Virus record (IMG/VR): IMGVR_UViG_3300034418_003568
Location: 1 to 60,335 of that record
Length of the DNA stretch: 60,335 nt
Strand: one strand, 5' to 3'
Source of the DNA: a virus
Taxonomy: Duplodnaviria; Caudoviricetes
A program made the translations under genes and the position numbers. The stretch's first letter is position 1. Each line of letters opens with the position of its first letter. The notes below the pieces were generated by a model. The model did not search any database. It saw only the letters and a list, made by a program, of their open reading frames with translations, and was not told the DNA's origin. Of this stretch, positions 18,784 through 29,216 are shown one piece after another.

Positions 18784-20743
18784 ATTGGTTTTGTTTGGCA
18801 ATGAAGAGTTTTTCGATAACTTTGATAATAAGCCATCTCAACTTAAAAAGCTGCAATTTACTACTATTAGTAGCGGCGGTAATCGCGCTCCTTCTGGAAC
18901 GCAAAAAGTTGAACAAACAACAACCACACTTCCTCCGTATGCAGAACCCTATTACCGTGCTGCATTAGAGCGGGGTCTCTATGAGAGTGCGCGTCCTTAC
19001 GAGCCTTTCTTAGGTCAACGTCTTGCTCAGTTTGCACCCGAAGAAACCTTTGCCCAACGGGGCATTATGTCTTTGGGGCGACCCACCCAGATTGGTGAAG
19101 CCACCAATGTGTTCCGTCAAGCGACAGGGATGCAAGGTCCAACAGGAATGGACATCGCAGCAGGTTTTAGACCGAGCGATATTTATCCCACCTACCAAGG
19201 GATGCAATTCCAAACAGGCTATGCACCCGGTCAATTTGGATCAGGCTATACCGCTGGTGGGCTAGGCGATCTCTATCGGGCGGGAACCTATGGTCCGAGC
19301 TACACCCCCGGTCAAATCACATCCGGTTATCAAGCCGGTCAGTTCCAACCGGGCTTTCAAGCGCAACAGTACATGCCGGGGTATCAGGCAGGACGCTTTG
19401 CGAGCGGCTATCAAGCCGGTCAGTTTCAACCCGGCTATCAAGCAGGGCGTTTAGGCGCAACCTTCGAGGCGGGATCATTAGCTGCTCCGGGTGCGATTGA
19501 ACAGTACATGTCTCCGTACCAAAGAATGGTGACGGACGTAGAAAAACAAGCGGCTGTTCGGGCTTCTCAGATGCAGGCAGGACAGGAAGGTGCTGCCGCA
19601 GCCAGAGCAGGCGCGAGAGGTGGCACCCGTTCTGCATTGATTGAAGCGGAACGTCAAAAGGGATTGGGCCAACAGTTAGCTTCCATTGAAGCGCGTGGCG
19701 CTCAGTCTGCCTTTGAGCAAGCACAAAGAGCCTTTGAAGCGGATCGTGCTGCGAGATTGCAGGCCGGTCAGTTTGGTGTTCAAGCGTTCCAGACTCAAGA
19801 AGCCGCTCGCCAACAACAAGCTCAATTTGGATTGCAAGCCCAGCAAGCAGGCGAACAAGCGCGTCAAGAAGCAGCGCGTATGGGCATGTCTGCACAGCAG
19901 CAAGAGGAAGCAGCCCGTCAAGCTCAAGAGCAGTTCCGTCAAAGTGCCTTTGGGCTGGGTGCAGAGGAACGTCAGTTCCAAGCGAACATTGGGATGCAAG
20001 CTCAACAAGCCGGTGAGCAAGCAAGACAACGTGCGGCTGAGATGGGTATGTCAGCCCAACAACAGAACGAAGCGGCTAGACAAGCGGCTGAAGAGTTTCA
20101 GTTGCGCGGATTCCAAGCAAGAGAATCGGCTCGTCAACAACAAGCTCAGTTGGGGTTGGGTGCTTTCCAAGCGCAAGAAGCGGCCCGTCAACAGCAGCAA
20201 CAGTTTCAGTTCCAAGCTCAACAGGCTGGCGAGCAAGCTCGTCAACGAGCCGCCGAGTTGGGACTCTCCGCACAGCAACAGACGGACGCTGCCAACCGAG
20301 CCGCACAAGAATTTCTTATGCAGTCTCAGCAGTTCAACATCGAACAGCAAAGACAACGTGCATTGTTGGGATTCCAAGGACTGGAAGCAGATCGTGCTGC
20401 ACAAGCGCAACGCCTACAGGCGGCAGAGTTGCTTCGTGGAACCGGTCTTATGCAACAAGAATCCGATCTCCAACGGTTGCAAGCTCAGTTGGGAATTGGT
20501 GGAATGCGAAGAGATCTCATGCAACGAGGTCTCGACATTGGATACGAGGACTTCCTGCGTCAACAAGCGTACCCGAGAGAACAGTTGTCGTTCCTCAGTA
20601 GTTTGTTGCAGGGTGTTCCGGTCCAACCGGGTGCGACGATTGCATCGTTTGGTCGGGTTCCCACACCGACCCAACAGTTACTGGGCGCAGGCTTAGGCGC
20701 GGCGGGTCTCTATCAGACCCTTGGCGGCGGACGGCAGGGTTAA
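18773..20743 (+). CDS. Internal virion (DNA pilot/ejection) protein with Q/A/G repeats
   Basis: LPPYAEPY, YMSPYQ, GYQAGQF and QAQQAGEQARQ repeats; C-terminal LLGAGLGAAGLY. Confidence 0.7.
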   Translation: MKSKLVLFGNEEFFDNFDNKPSQLKKLQFTTISSGGNRAPSGTQKVEQTTTTLPPYAEPYYRAALERGLYESARPYEPFLGQRLAQFAPEETFAQRGIMSLGRPTQIGEATNVFRQATGMQGPTGMDIAAGFRPSDIYPTYQGMQFQTGYAPGQFGSGYTAGGLGDLYRAGTYGPSYTPGQITSGYQAGQFQPGFQAQQYMPGYQAGRFASGYQAGQFQPGYQAGRLGATFEAGSLAAPGAIEQYMSPYQRMVTDVEKQAAVRASQMQAGQEGAAAARAGARGGTRSALIEAERQKGLGQQLASIEARGAQSAFEQAQRAFEADRAARLQAGQFGVQAFQTQEAARQQQAQFGLQAQQAGEQARQEAARMGMSAQQQEEAARQAQEQFRQSAFGLGAEERQFQANIGMQAQQAGEQARQRAAEMGMSAQQQNEAARQAAEEFQLRGFQARESARQQQAQLGLGAFQAQEAARQQQQQFQFQAQQAGEQARQRAAELGLSAQQQTDAANRAAQEFLMQSQQFNIEQQRQRALLGFQGLEADRAAQAQRLQAAELLRGTGLMQQESDLQRLQAQLGIGGMRRDLMQRGLDIGYEDFLRQQAYPREQLSFLSSLLQGVPVQPGATIASFGRVPTPTQQLLGAGLGAAGLYQTLGGGRQG

Positions 20744-20746
20744 GAC

Positions 20747-22381
20747 ATGAACATTCTCCAAATGGAAGATATGGTGAAAGGGCTTCCGGATCAGATTCTG
20801 ATGCAGGAAGCTCAGATGCCATCCGGTCAAATCCCCCAGTTCTTGGCGTTGTCGGAAGTGCAACGCAGACAGGAGATGCGCCAGAAACTTCAAGCCCCAC
20901 CAGAAGCCACTGTAGCCGATCAGATCCTACAGGGCGGTATCGCATCAGCCATGCCACAGCAGGGGCCACAGCAGCCTCCTGCTCCGCCACAGGGTATGCC
21001 GCAAGGTATGCCTCCCCAAGGTCAACCGCCTGCCATGATGTACGGTGGAGGTATGGTACCGAGTGGCATAGTTAAGATGCAGAATCTAGGGCAGGTTCCT
21101 AGTCTGTCTCCAGCAAATGCTGACCCCGCTGCTGAACTAAGGCGGCTTATGGAAGAGGCTTATGCAGCAGGAGACATGAATGCCGTAATGCAAGCTCAAC
21201 AACAGTTAGAGCAATTAGCGGCTTCTGCTTCTGGATTAGGTCCAGCTTCTGCTTCTATTTTGTCTCCGGAAGAACTTTTAAAAATTCCTGAAGCAAGTCG
21301 TTCTCCTGAACAACAAGCTCAGATTAGTCAATCTTATCCGGGCTACACCAGTATGGTTCCGTCCCTGTTGCCATCTGTTCAGGGAATGTTTAAGCCGCCT
21401 GCAGAGTTTGATGAAGAGGCATACATAGCAGCTTTTAAACCTACCATGTCAATGTTTGCTTCCCCATATTTTGCTGAAAGGCGACAGTCCTTGCGGGAAC
21501 AAATTCTTGAAGAAGGCAAAAGAAGGCGAGAAGAAGATATCGCTAGGGCAGAGCGTTATCGAACTGAAGCTGAAGATCCCATTCGTAAATCCATGGAAGA
21601 GGCTAAAAGGGCTGCACTAGGGGCAACCATGACTCGATTAGGCGCTTACTTAATGGCAGGCGAAGCAGAGGAGGGCCTTCTTGCTGCGACAGAAGGCGCA
21701 GAAAAAATTCTTGGTAAAGCTGAAGAAGCAGAGCAGGCAGAAAGACGGGCTGTTCGTCAAGAGTTCCGTGCGGCAGAACGGGATGCTATTCGCTCTGAAC
21801 GTATGTCTGCTGATCAAGTCTTTAATCTTCAAAGTCAAGACCTTGTTTCTGATGAAAACGCACAGAGACAATTTGCTTTGGCGAACAGTCAGTTTGCACA
21901 GAATTTGTTTAATGCAAAACGCTCTGCTGGTGAGAGTCGAGACAAGGCTTATAACGATTCTGTCAAGCTTACTTTTGAGCTTGCTAAATCTATTGATGAT
22001 AATGTTAAGAAAGCTATCAGAGAAGCTGGTCTCACTGAGCGCCAATATGTTGAAGCTTATAGGCAGATTCTTTTGTCAGCGACAGCTCAACTTCGAGATG
22101 TTGCCTTTACAGATGAAGAAGGAAAACCAAGACCTCCGACCCCAGAAGAAGCTAGGGCTGCAGTTGACAATGCAGTAGAAGCTATGTTTACAGATTTGCA
22201 AAGAAAAGGGGCCGCTGTTCGAGAGAGCTATCTACAGCAACAAGGGATTAGCGAGGGACAAGGCGGAATGAAAGAAGGCGGGAAGGTCGAAGGTTTTGTT
22301 GTAGATTACCAAGGTCAGAAGTTTAAGTTTAATTCTCAGGAAAACGCTGATAAGTTTAGAGATGCACTAGAGTCTATCTAA
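20747..22381 (+). CDS. Internal virion protein
   Basis: Lies between ejection genes; coiled coil; TVADQ and xxGG motifs. Confidence 0.6.
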   Translation: MNILQMEDMVKGLPDQILMQEAQMPSGQIPQFLALSEVQRRQEMRQKLQAPPEATVADQILQGGIASAMPQQGPQQPPAPPQGMPQGMPPQGQPPAMMYGGGMVPSGIVKMQNLGQVPSLSPANADPAAELRRLMEEAYAAGDMNAVMQAQQQLEQLAASASGLGPASASILSPEELLKIPEASRSPEQQAQISQSYPGYTSMVPSLLPSVQGMFKPPAEFDEEAYIAAFKPTMSMFASPYFAERRQSLREQILEEGKRRREEDIARAERYRTEAEDPIRKSMEEAKRAALGATMTRLGAYLMAGEAEEGLLAATEGAEKILGKAEEAEQAERRAVRQEFRAAERDAIRSERMSADQVFNLQSQDLVSDENAQRQFALANSQFAQNLFNAKRSAGESRDKAYNDSVKLTFELAKSIDDNVKKAIREAGLTERQYVEAYRQILLSATAQLRDVAFTDEEGKPRPPTPEEARAAVDNAVEAMFTDLQRKGAAVRESYLQQQGISEGQGGMKEGGKVEGFVVDYQGQKFKFNSQENADKFRDALESI

Positions 22382-25300
22382 ATGGCTATCAATCCGATTC
22401 TGTTTGAATTAGCGAAACAATTCGGTGGTAGCTTAGTTGATGAAGAAGACACCGCCGAAAAGGATCGCATTAAGGGCTTAGCAAGTCGCTTTGGCGGAGA
22501 GCCAGTCGCGACTGAAGATGCTGTGCCAGAAGAAGAGCCGGTTAGACCATCACCCTCCATTGGGGGAACCGGCGCATTAGGATTATTATCGGCTCCTTTT
22601 GGAAGACAAGCTGTTAAAGAAACAGCCATTGCTGCGTTCCAACCCACCACTTATGAATCAATTTTTCCAGTAATAGGGGAAAGCTTTGACATAAGTAAAG
22701 CTAAGTTTGGTTTAGCTGCAGTAGATGCTTTACCTAACTCAATTGATACCCCGCCTGCTGGGGTTCCCATGGAGGACATTGATCGTGCAGGTGGTGTTCG
22801 TCAGTATTACGAAACCTTTTACGGTGTTAAAAGCGACGAAGAGCTTAAAGAGTTAAAGCAGAAAACGATTGAAGCGATTGCTCGTCGCATTAAGGAAAGC
22901 GAAGAAACAATCTCTGAGATAACCCCAGAAGGATTGACTCCCGCTCAAGTAGGTATTCGTAGCGGCATACAAAGCGTTACGGAAATGGTTCCGGGCATAG
23001 CGGCATCTGTCATAACTAGAAGCCCCACCCCTGCATTAGCATCTGCTGCAGGCTTAACAGGTCTGGAGTCTTATGGCGAAGCCCGTCTTGCAGGGAAAGA
23101 TCCAACCACAGCGTTAGCTTATGGCGGCATTGATGCTGCTATCGAAACCGCTACAGAGCGGTTTGGGTTGGCACCTGTTTTAAAGATTTTAAAGAAAGCT
23201 AACATTGCAGATGTTGCAACAAAAGAAGAAGTTAAAGACGCATTAACAGAGTTTGCTAAAAGAGAAATCGGCTCAGAGCAAGCGGCAACAGCTCTCCAAA
23301 CTCTAAATGCTTTGGCATTTGGATTGGATGAAGAGCTTGCTAATGCGAAGTCGCCTGAAGAAGCTATCCGCATTCAAGGTGAACGTCAGTTCATAACGGC
23401 TGTTGCAACAGTCGTAGGCGGTGGCGCACAAGGTGGTGCCATAGCTGCTGCTAATAAGATCCAAGAAAATAATATTCGTAAGGAGATTGAGAAAAGAACT
23501 CGTGATCTTGAGGGAGTGGGTTCCATTCAAGAAAGGAAAGCAATTCAAGAGCTTAGAGATCAAGCATTAAACGATGCTCAAACAATCTCTGCCCCAGATC
23601 TTTCTGAAGTTTCTTTAGAAGAGGGGCAAACAGAACCAACCCCTTTACAGTTTGCAGATGCTTACGCTGACAGAATTTTTAATTCTGTAGGTCAGTACAT
23701 TCCTGCTGATGTCGAGTTTAGTGTTACTGAAAAAGAAGTCGATGGCGAAACCCAGTACACGGTAACGGACAAGGAAGGTCGCCAGTATGGGCAGAACTTA
23801 ACCGACAAAGATCAAGCGGATGCTTTGTCTTTAAGCTTAAACAACATAGGCCAATCTAGGGCGCAAGTCCTAGAAAGTCTCAATCCTCTTTATATTTCCC
23901 TGAAAGATACCTTAAAGGGGTATGGTTTAAATGATATTGGGTTGACACTGAATGATCGCATCTTCACAAGGCGTGGAGAAGCGTTAACTTCTGAGGGGTT
24001 GTTCGACCCTGTTGTTAGAGAAGTTTTTCTTGCAGTTGATGCTATTGATCCTGACGGAACCTTAGATCAAGGTCAGCGCCGTCAAGCACTGCGTGGTGTG
24101 TTGCGCCACGAGGTTGTTCATGCCCTGCGCTATCTTGATTTGTGGAAAAAATCCGAATGGAAGAATTTAGAAAATGCAGTATCTCGCATAAAGAAAACAG
24201 GAACCGATAAGACTTACCTTGATATTGCTAAGGAAAGATACGGCGATCAAACCCCTGTCATTCAGGTAGAGGAAGCTGTTGCAGATCTGATTCGCGATGT
24301 TGCAGATCAAAGAGCATCTGTAGCAGGCAAGCCACGTTCTCTTTCTGAAAGAGCGGTTCAGTTTTTTGATCGCGCTAAGAACGCATTAACCGGTGCTGGA
24401 TTTCAGACTTACGAAGACATTGTAAACCGCTTTGAAAGCGGTGAGATCGGTGCAAGACAGCGCGGTAAAATAAGGACATTCAGAGCGAGTGAAGAATTTG
24501 CTGCTGAAAAAGGATACGTTCCTGAGCGTCTTCAGAGGATCTTGAAATCACCTGAAGGGCGAAATCAATTTAGAGAAGACACGCTACAGAATTTAATTAG
24601 CAGTTTACCAAGTCAAGCCTTGGCTGCGCCTGCAATGAACAGTTTGCGGAACGCTGGCATTCGCGAGTCGCGTTCTACCATTGAGCAGGTTCCCCCGAAA
24701 ATTAAAATAGATGATCAAGAACTTCCGACAAGGGATAGTGAAGGTCGTTTAATTTACTCCGGCTATGAAGGACCGGAAGTATTTAACATTCAAACCGCTC
24801 CCACTGAGCAGGGACTCAAGAACTTCTGGCGCTGGTTTGGTGATAGCAAAGCGGTCAGTCGAGATGGTCGCCCGTCTGTGTACTACCATGGAACCGCTGC
24901 TGATATCACTGCGTTCCGTCCCAAGCAAGCAGGTTCTGTGTTCATTACCAAAAGCCCTAGCTTTGCCAATGAATTTGCAGGGATGTCTGAGGACTACATG
25001 GTCGGGAACTTCACCGACTTCATGTCTGACCAGCAGGTACTGGATGTCCTGAATGAAACTTTAAAAACTCCAAGTTCATTCCCTGTTAGATCTAAAGAAT
25101 TACCACCTACTAAAGCTAAACCAGATGAAAAGGGTGTTAAAGAACCTAGCAAGGTCAACTTAGGAACTTATGAAAATGTTTTGAAGTTACGAGATTCAGT
25201 AGAAAAGAGTGTGCTATCTGGTAAGCCAATTAGCAACAAAGTTATTTCAGATTTAAAATATATAGCCAAAGAAGGCAGAAATATTCGCCTTGGAAAGAAC

Positions 25301-28300
25301 ATTCAAGACCGTATGCCTTCTGCTGCGAACCTTGTTCCGGTGTATGTTAAGGCAGATAATCCTTTTGATTATCAAGATAAAGATCAGGTTTATAAGGTTT
25401 TAGAAAAAGCAGATGAGTTCTCCCCTACCCCTATTGGCCCTATTGAAGAGGAAGCTCTTTTAATTGGAGACTGGGAGACCATTGAATCATCGGCTATCTT
25501 AGAGGCTATTAAATCTCTTGGATTTGACTCCATGTATGTGGAGGAAGCAGGCCAAAAGAATCTGGCAGTGTTTGATCCGGGTCAGGTGAAGTCTGCCATT
25601 GGGAACAACGGTGAGTTTAGTCCGCTGACCCCCAGCATTCGTGAGTCGCGTCAGCCTACCTACAACATAGTTAACACCCGTACCGGGAAAGTGGTCGGTC
25701 AGGCTAATACCATCAATGGCGCTCGTCGTTCTGTAGATCGTCGTGATAATCAGTACGGTGCATATGTACACACGATTCAGGTTGTTGATGAAGAAGGGGA
25801 TAGAGAACAAAGGGCCAAGGCTAGAGAAATGCTTGGCTTGCCTGCATTGATGGGTGAGCCTGTCGGAGAAGGAATTGGACAGCCAAGTGTCGAGGCTGGT
25901 CGCGCTGTACCTGAAGCAGAAGCAGTAGTACCTAAAGCCAGAGAGTCTCGTAAAAAACCTGAAGACACTCCTCCGGCATCAAAGCCGATAGGCAATCCAG
26001 TTCCGGGTCCATCGACCAATGTAGAGAACACTGCTGATGCAGAGGCTTTGAATAACGGTCGCCCAGTTAATTCAATGGGTATTGCGACTGGACCTCAAGT
26101 CACAACGACAGATCCTGAAACCTTAGAGGTTGATACTTCTGAGGTAAGACTCCGTAAAGAAGGGGTGGGCAGGCTTGTAAGAACTCTTGAGTTTGTTGAG
26201 TCAGCACCTGATCGTCTTCGCCGTGGTATTGGCCTTGAGGATCTGGCAAAGAATGTTGAAGATTACTATGACACTCTTGCTGCACGGCTTGGCTTTGTTA
26301 ACAACATCATTCGCAATGCGGTAGCTCAGATACCGTTGAAGGATAGGTATTCCTTTGACTCTAACATTCCGGGCTTTGGTCCTGTTTTAATTCAAGGTAA
26401 AGCCCTAAGAGAGTTTGAAAGCTTTATAAGAGCAAGAGAAAACGGCAGAACTGATGAAGCCCAGTTCATCAGAAGCCAGGTGTCTGATAGCGGGAGAGCC
26501 TTAATCGAGGCTTGGGAACAGCTTGCTACTGAGACAGGTCGTATAAACCTAGAAATTCGCACACCATACGGCAAACCTTTAAGGGTTTACGATCCAAATT
26601 ACGTCACGGGAACTTATGGAGAAAAGGCAGGGGGATGGAGACCAATTAAAGTTGCCCCTAACTTTTTCCCAAGAACACTTCGCAAGGAAGTGCTTGCTGT
26701 CATGAACAATCCGGACTCTGATCCGGCATTGTTTAATCAGTTAATGAGATCATTGGTAGAGGCTGGCAAAGCAGATGACATTGATGCTGCTCGTAAGTGG
26801 TTGCTTCGTAGTTACTTTTCAGAAGAAATTAGAAGCGACTACTTTGCTGGCGTTGAAAGAGCAAGATCTGAAAAGCTCCCAGAGATTTTCTACGACTACT
26901 CTTGGGATGCGGTAACTCGCTACTTAAATAAGTGGGCAAAGAGAACTTCGCAAGTTCAGTACTTCGGTCAAGAGCTTGGGCAGATGCCAAACCAAAGAGA
27001 TTACTTTGGTAGAATCTTGGCGAGGTCTGATATCAATGAAGATACTAAAGCTTACATTTTAAGCATTAGAGATAGGATTTATGAAGTAGACAACACGGGT
27101 GACTATGGGTTTATCCTTAATTGGTTAAACTCAATCGTCACCGGAGGTATGCTTGGCAATCCAATTAGTTCTTCTTTGAACTTGATTGGTGGAACCGTTC
27201 TTAACATTGCTGAATTTGGAGTGGGCAGAGTTGGTAAAGCGTTTGTTGAGTATGCAAAAACTCCTATCAAGCCAGTCAGAAGCTTTGTAACAGAACTCAA
27301 TGCGAATGAGTTTGGCATAGATGCTATTGCCAAAGCATGGAAAGAATTAAAAATTGAATGGGCTAAAGTTCAAGAGGAAGGGACTACTCTTGGAATTTTA
27401 AATAACGATGTTATTAACTTGTTGAATGACATACCGTCTGAAGCAAACAAGTACTTTGAAGATGAAAGAACTCTTTCTGTTGGCCCTATTTCTTTAAGAA
27501 CAGCCCCTATTTCTAGGGGTCTGGCTAAGTCTGCGAATATTCTTTTGACTGTTGGCGGCTATCAGAAAGCAGAAAACATTGTTAGGTACACGGCATTACT
27601 GGCAGCTAAGGGATGGCTTAATGATTCTCTTAAAGCCATGAACACTAACCCATCATCAAAGCAAGCAGTAAGGTTTAAGGACTGGATTCAAAGAGAAAAC
27701 TTAAATCTTGAAAAGCTTTTGCTAGAAAATGGTATCGGAGAGGAAACTGCTCGTTTCTTTAGAAGAGCAGTTAACGTACCACAAGGGTCTTATAAGATCG
27801 ACATGACTCCTGTGTTTGTGGATACCCCAGTTGGAAGGTTTTTGTTTAAGTATCAGAAATTTGCCACGCAAGTTAATAGATATTTTTATAGGCATTACAT
27901 AAAACCATTTAAGGATAAACCAGACGCAACAAATGCTCTCAGGATTCTGTCATTTTTAGGATGGTCATTGGTTGGTGGAGAGCTTGTGCTTCTGATCAGG
28001 GAGGCTTTTGGGTATGGCAATCCAAGCGCGGATTTTGAAGAAATAACAAAAGCTTTAAGGGAAAACGAAGATCTTGCTAGAGCTTTGGCGTTGTCTTGGA
28101 GCCGAGCTTTGCAAGACCTTTTGGCTGTCGGGGTCTTCGGTTTCTTCGGAAACTATGCCCAGCTTTTTAATGACTGGCAGGATCAAATGCGAGTTAAGAA
28201 TCCCATGTCCCCTCCGGGCGCGGCATCAATTGGGAATCTTGCCGATCTTATTAATAAGTTTTTGGGACAAAAAACATTAACCTTATCTGATCTTGATGAC

Positions 28301-28825
28301 TACGCTCAGGCTCAGGTTTCTTTATATAGAGCTGGTAAAAGAATAACTTTAGCTACCTTGGATAGCCTTGGCTCTGATGCTGAAGCAGTCAAAAAGTTTG
28401 TAACTCAAAAGAACCTGAGAGAGGTGAGAGAGTTTACAGATCGCTATAGCGAAGAGATGGACATTGAATACAAAAGAAGGATTGCACCCGGTGCAGTCAT
28501 TCCAACCCCGCAAACCCCATTCAACAGACGTATTGTCGATGCGCTATATCGTGGCAACTCTGCGGAAGCCAAGGCAATATTATTTGAGGCTCAAGCGGGT
28601 AAAACCCGCGAGGAAAGAGATCGTATAAGACGTAGCGCAATGTCTGCTGTAAGGAACGGGCAACCTATCAGGATTGCTGGAACCGGTGCTTCAGATGAAG
28701 ACAGAAGAGATTTCATGCGATGGGCGCAGAGGAACTTATCTGCGGATGGGTATGCAATGACTTACCAGATGGACTTTACTTACAGAAGCGCAGCGAGAAG
28801 AGCGGACTTAGGTTTTAAAGATTGA
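22382..28825 (+). CDS. Large polyvalent/ejection protein with HExxH zincin-like and ADP-ribosyltransferase-like (ART-PolyVal) domains
   Basis: LRHEVVHALR...EEAVAD; F..WFGDSK.V..DG.P..YYHGT...VF.P.QVKSAIGNNGEF. Confidence 0.75.
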   Translation: MAINPILFELAKQFGGSLVDEEDTAEKDRIKGLASRFGGEPVATEDAVPEEEPVRPSPSIGGTGALGLLSAPFGRQAVKETAIAAFQPTTYESIFPVIGESFDISKAKFGLAAVDALPNSIDTPPAGVPMEDIDRAGGVRQYYETFYGVKSDEELKELKQKTIEAIARRIKESEETISEITPEGLTPAQVGIRSGIQSVTEMVPGIAASVITRSPTPALASAAGLTGLESYGEARLAGKDPTTALAYGGIDAAIETATERFGLAPVLKILKKANIADVATKEEVKDALTEFAKREIGSEQAATALQTLNALAFGLDEELANAKSPEEAIRIQGERQFITAVATVVGGGAQGGAIAAANKIQENNIRKEIEKRTRDLEGVGSIQERKAIQELRDQALNDAQTISAPDLSEVSLEEGQTEPTPLQFADAYADRIFNSVGQYIPADVEFSVTEKEVDGETQYTVTDKEGRQYGQNLTDKDQADALSLSLNNIGQSRAQVLESLNPLYISLKDTLKGYGLNDIGLTLNDRIFTRRGEALTSEGLFDPVVREVFLAVDAIDPDGTLDQGQRRQALRGVLRHEVVHALRYLDLWKKSEWKNLENAVSRIKKTGTDKTYLDIAKERYGDQTPVIQVEEAVADLIRDVADQRASVAGKPRSLSERAVQFFDRAKNALTGAGFQTYEDIVNRFESGEIGARQRGKIRTFRASEEFAAEKGYVPERLQRILKSPEGRNQFREDTLQNLISSLPSQALAAPAMNSLRNAGIRESRSTIEQVPPKIKIDDQELPTRDSEGRLIYSGYEGPEVFNIQTAPTEQGLKNFWRWFGDSKAVSRDGRPSVYYHGTAADITAFRPKQAGSVFITKSPSFANEFAGMSEDYMVGNFTDFMSDQQVLDVLNETLKTPSSFPVRSKELPPTKAKPDEKGVKEPSKVNLGTYENVLKLRDSVEKSVLSGKPISNKVISDLKYIAKEGRNIRLGKNIQDRMPSAANLVPVYVKADNPFDYQDKDQVYKVLEKADEFSPTPIGPIEEEALLIGDWETIESSAILEAIKSLGFDSMYVEEAGQKNLAVFDPGQVKSAIGNNGEFSPLTPSIRESRQPTYNIVNTRTGKVVGQANTINGARRSVDRRDNQYGAYVHTIQVVDEEGDREQRAKAREMLGLPALMGEPVGEGIGQPSVEAGRAVPEAEAVVPKARESRKKPEDTPPASKPIGNPVPGPSTNVENTADAEALNNGRPVNSMGIATGPQVTTTDPETLEVDTSEVRLRKEGVGRLVRTLEFVESAPDRLRRGIGLEDLAKNVEDYYDTLAARLGFVNNIIRNAVAQIPLKDRYSFDSNIPGFGPVLIQGKALREFESFIRARENGRTDEAQFIRSQVSDSGRALIEAWEQLATETGRINLEIRTPYGKPLRVYDPNYVTGTYGEKAGGWRPIKVAPNFFPRTLRKEVLAVMNNPDSDPALFNQLMRSLVEAGKADDIDAARKWLLRSYFSEEIRSDYFAGVERARSEKLPEIFYDYSWDAVTRYLNKWAKRTSQVQYFGQELGQMPNQRDYFGRILARSDINEDTKAYILSIRDRIYEVDNTGDYGFILNWLNSIVTGGMLGNPISSSLNLIGGTVLNIAEFGVGRVGKAFVEYAKTPIKPVRSFVTELNANEFGIDAIAKAWKELKIEWAKVQEEGTTLGILNNDVINLLNDIPSEANKYFEDERTLSVGPISLRTAPISRGLAKSANILLTVGGYQKAENIVRYTALLAAKGWLNDSLKAMNTNPSSKQAVRFKDWIQRENLNLEKLLLENGIGEETARFFRRAVNVPQGSYKIDMTPVFVDTPVGRFLFKYQKFATQVNRYFYRHYIKPFKDKPDATNALRILSFLGWSLVGGELVLLIREAFGYGNPSADFEEITKALRENEDLARALALSWSRALQDLLAVGVFGFFGNYAQLFNDWQDQMRVKNPMSPPGAASIGNLADLINKFLGQKTLTLSDLDDYAQAQVSLYRAGKRITLATLDSLGSDAEAVKKFVTQKNLREVREFTDRYSEEMDIEYKRRIAPGAVIPTPQTPFNRRIVDALYRGNSAEAKAILFEAQAGKTREERDRIRRSAMSAVRNGQPIRIAGTGASDEDRRDFMRWAQRNLSADGYAMTYQMDFTYRSAARRADLGFKD

Positions 28826-29118
28826 GCAGAGACAAGCAGGCCGGTAACTATCTAGGCAAGGTCAAGGCGTTGCCCTGCGTATTGTGCATACGATTAGATC
28901 AGCACCAACAGAACGTCACTGAAGCTCACCATATCCGGACAGGACATGGGATGTCAGATCGCGCAAGCGACTATCTTGCTGTGGCCCTATGTGTAGATTG
29001 TCACCGTGGGTACGATGGCTTCCACGGAACCAAGGCTTTGCTACGGATTGCTAAGGTGTCAGAGATGGATCTACTGGCTGACACAATCCAGCTACTGGAT
29101 AAAAAAAGGGGGGGCTGA
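28822..29118 (+). CDS. HNH-like nuclease (DUF968/Ref-like)
   Basis: PCVLC...AHHIR.G.GM...LCVDCH; TTG start overlaps the upstream stop. Confidence 0.7.
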   Translation: MSRDKQAGNYLGKVKALPCVLCIRLDQHQQNVTEAHHIRTGHGMSDRASDYLAVALCVDCHRGYDGFHGTKALLRIAKVSEMDLLADTIQLLDKKRGG

Positions 29119-29132
29119 AAATCAACCCCCCC
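29101..29132 (-). terminator. Intrinsic terminator at a convergent junction
   Basis: Minus strand: G-run/C-run stem (GGGGGGGTTG...CAGCCCCCCC) followed by T7. Confidence 0.8.
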
Positions 29133-29182
29133 AAGGCTAGCTTGATCAACATCGATAAATGTTACAGGAGAATAACATTCGC
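29101..29182 (-). ncRNA. Candidate anti-SD sRNA 2
   Basis: Promoter TTGCAT-N17-TAGTAT, hairpin AATGTTA-TTCTCCTG-TAACATT, then the terminator. Confidence 0.5.
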
Positions 29183-29187
29183 GCCTG

Positions 29188-29216
29188 ATACTAATCAGAT
29201 TCGTCTGACCATGCAA
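29188..29216 (-). promoter_or_regulatory. Sigma70-type promoter for candidate sRNA 2
   Basis: TTGCAT (29216-29211), 17-nt spacer, TAGTAT (29193-29188). Confidence 0.5.

Noticed and set aside
19317-20696. Long overlapping ORFs 19686..20696 (+) and 19317..20024 (-)
   Set aside because: Explained by the codon bias of the Q/A repeats in the 18773 gene; no recognisable motifs
29101-29132. Poly-A, poly-G and poly-C runs as a phase-variation tract
   Set aside because: They form the stem and U-tract of a terminator
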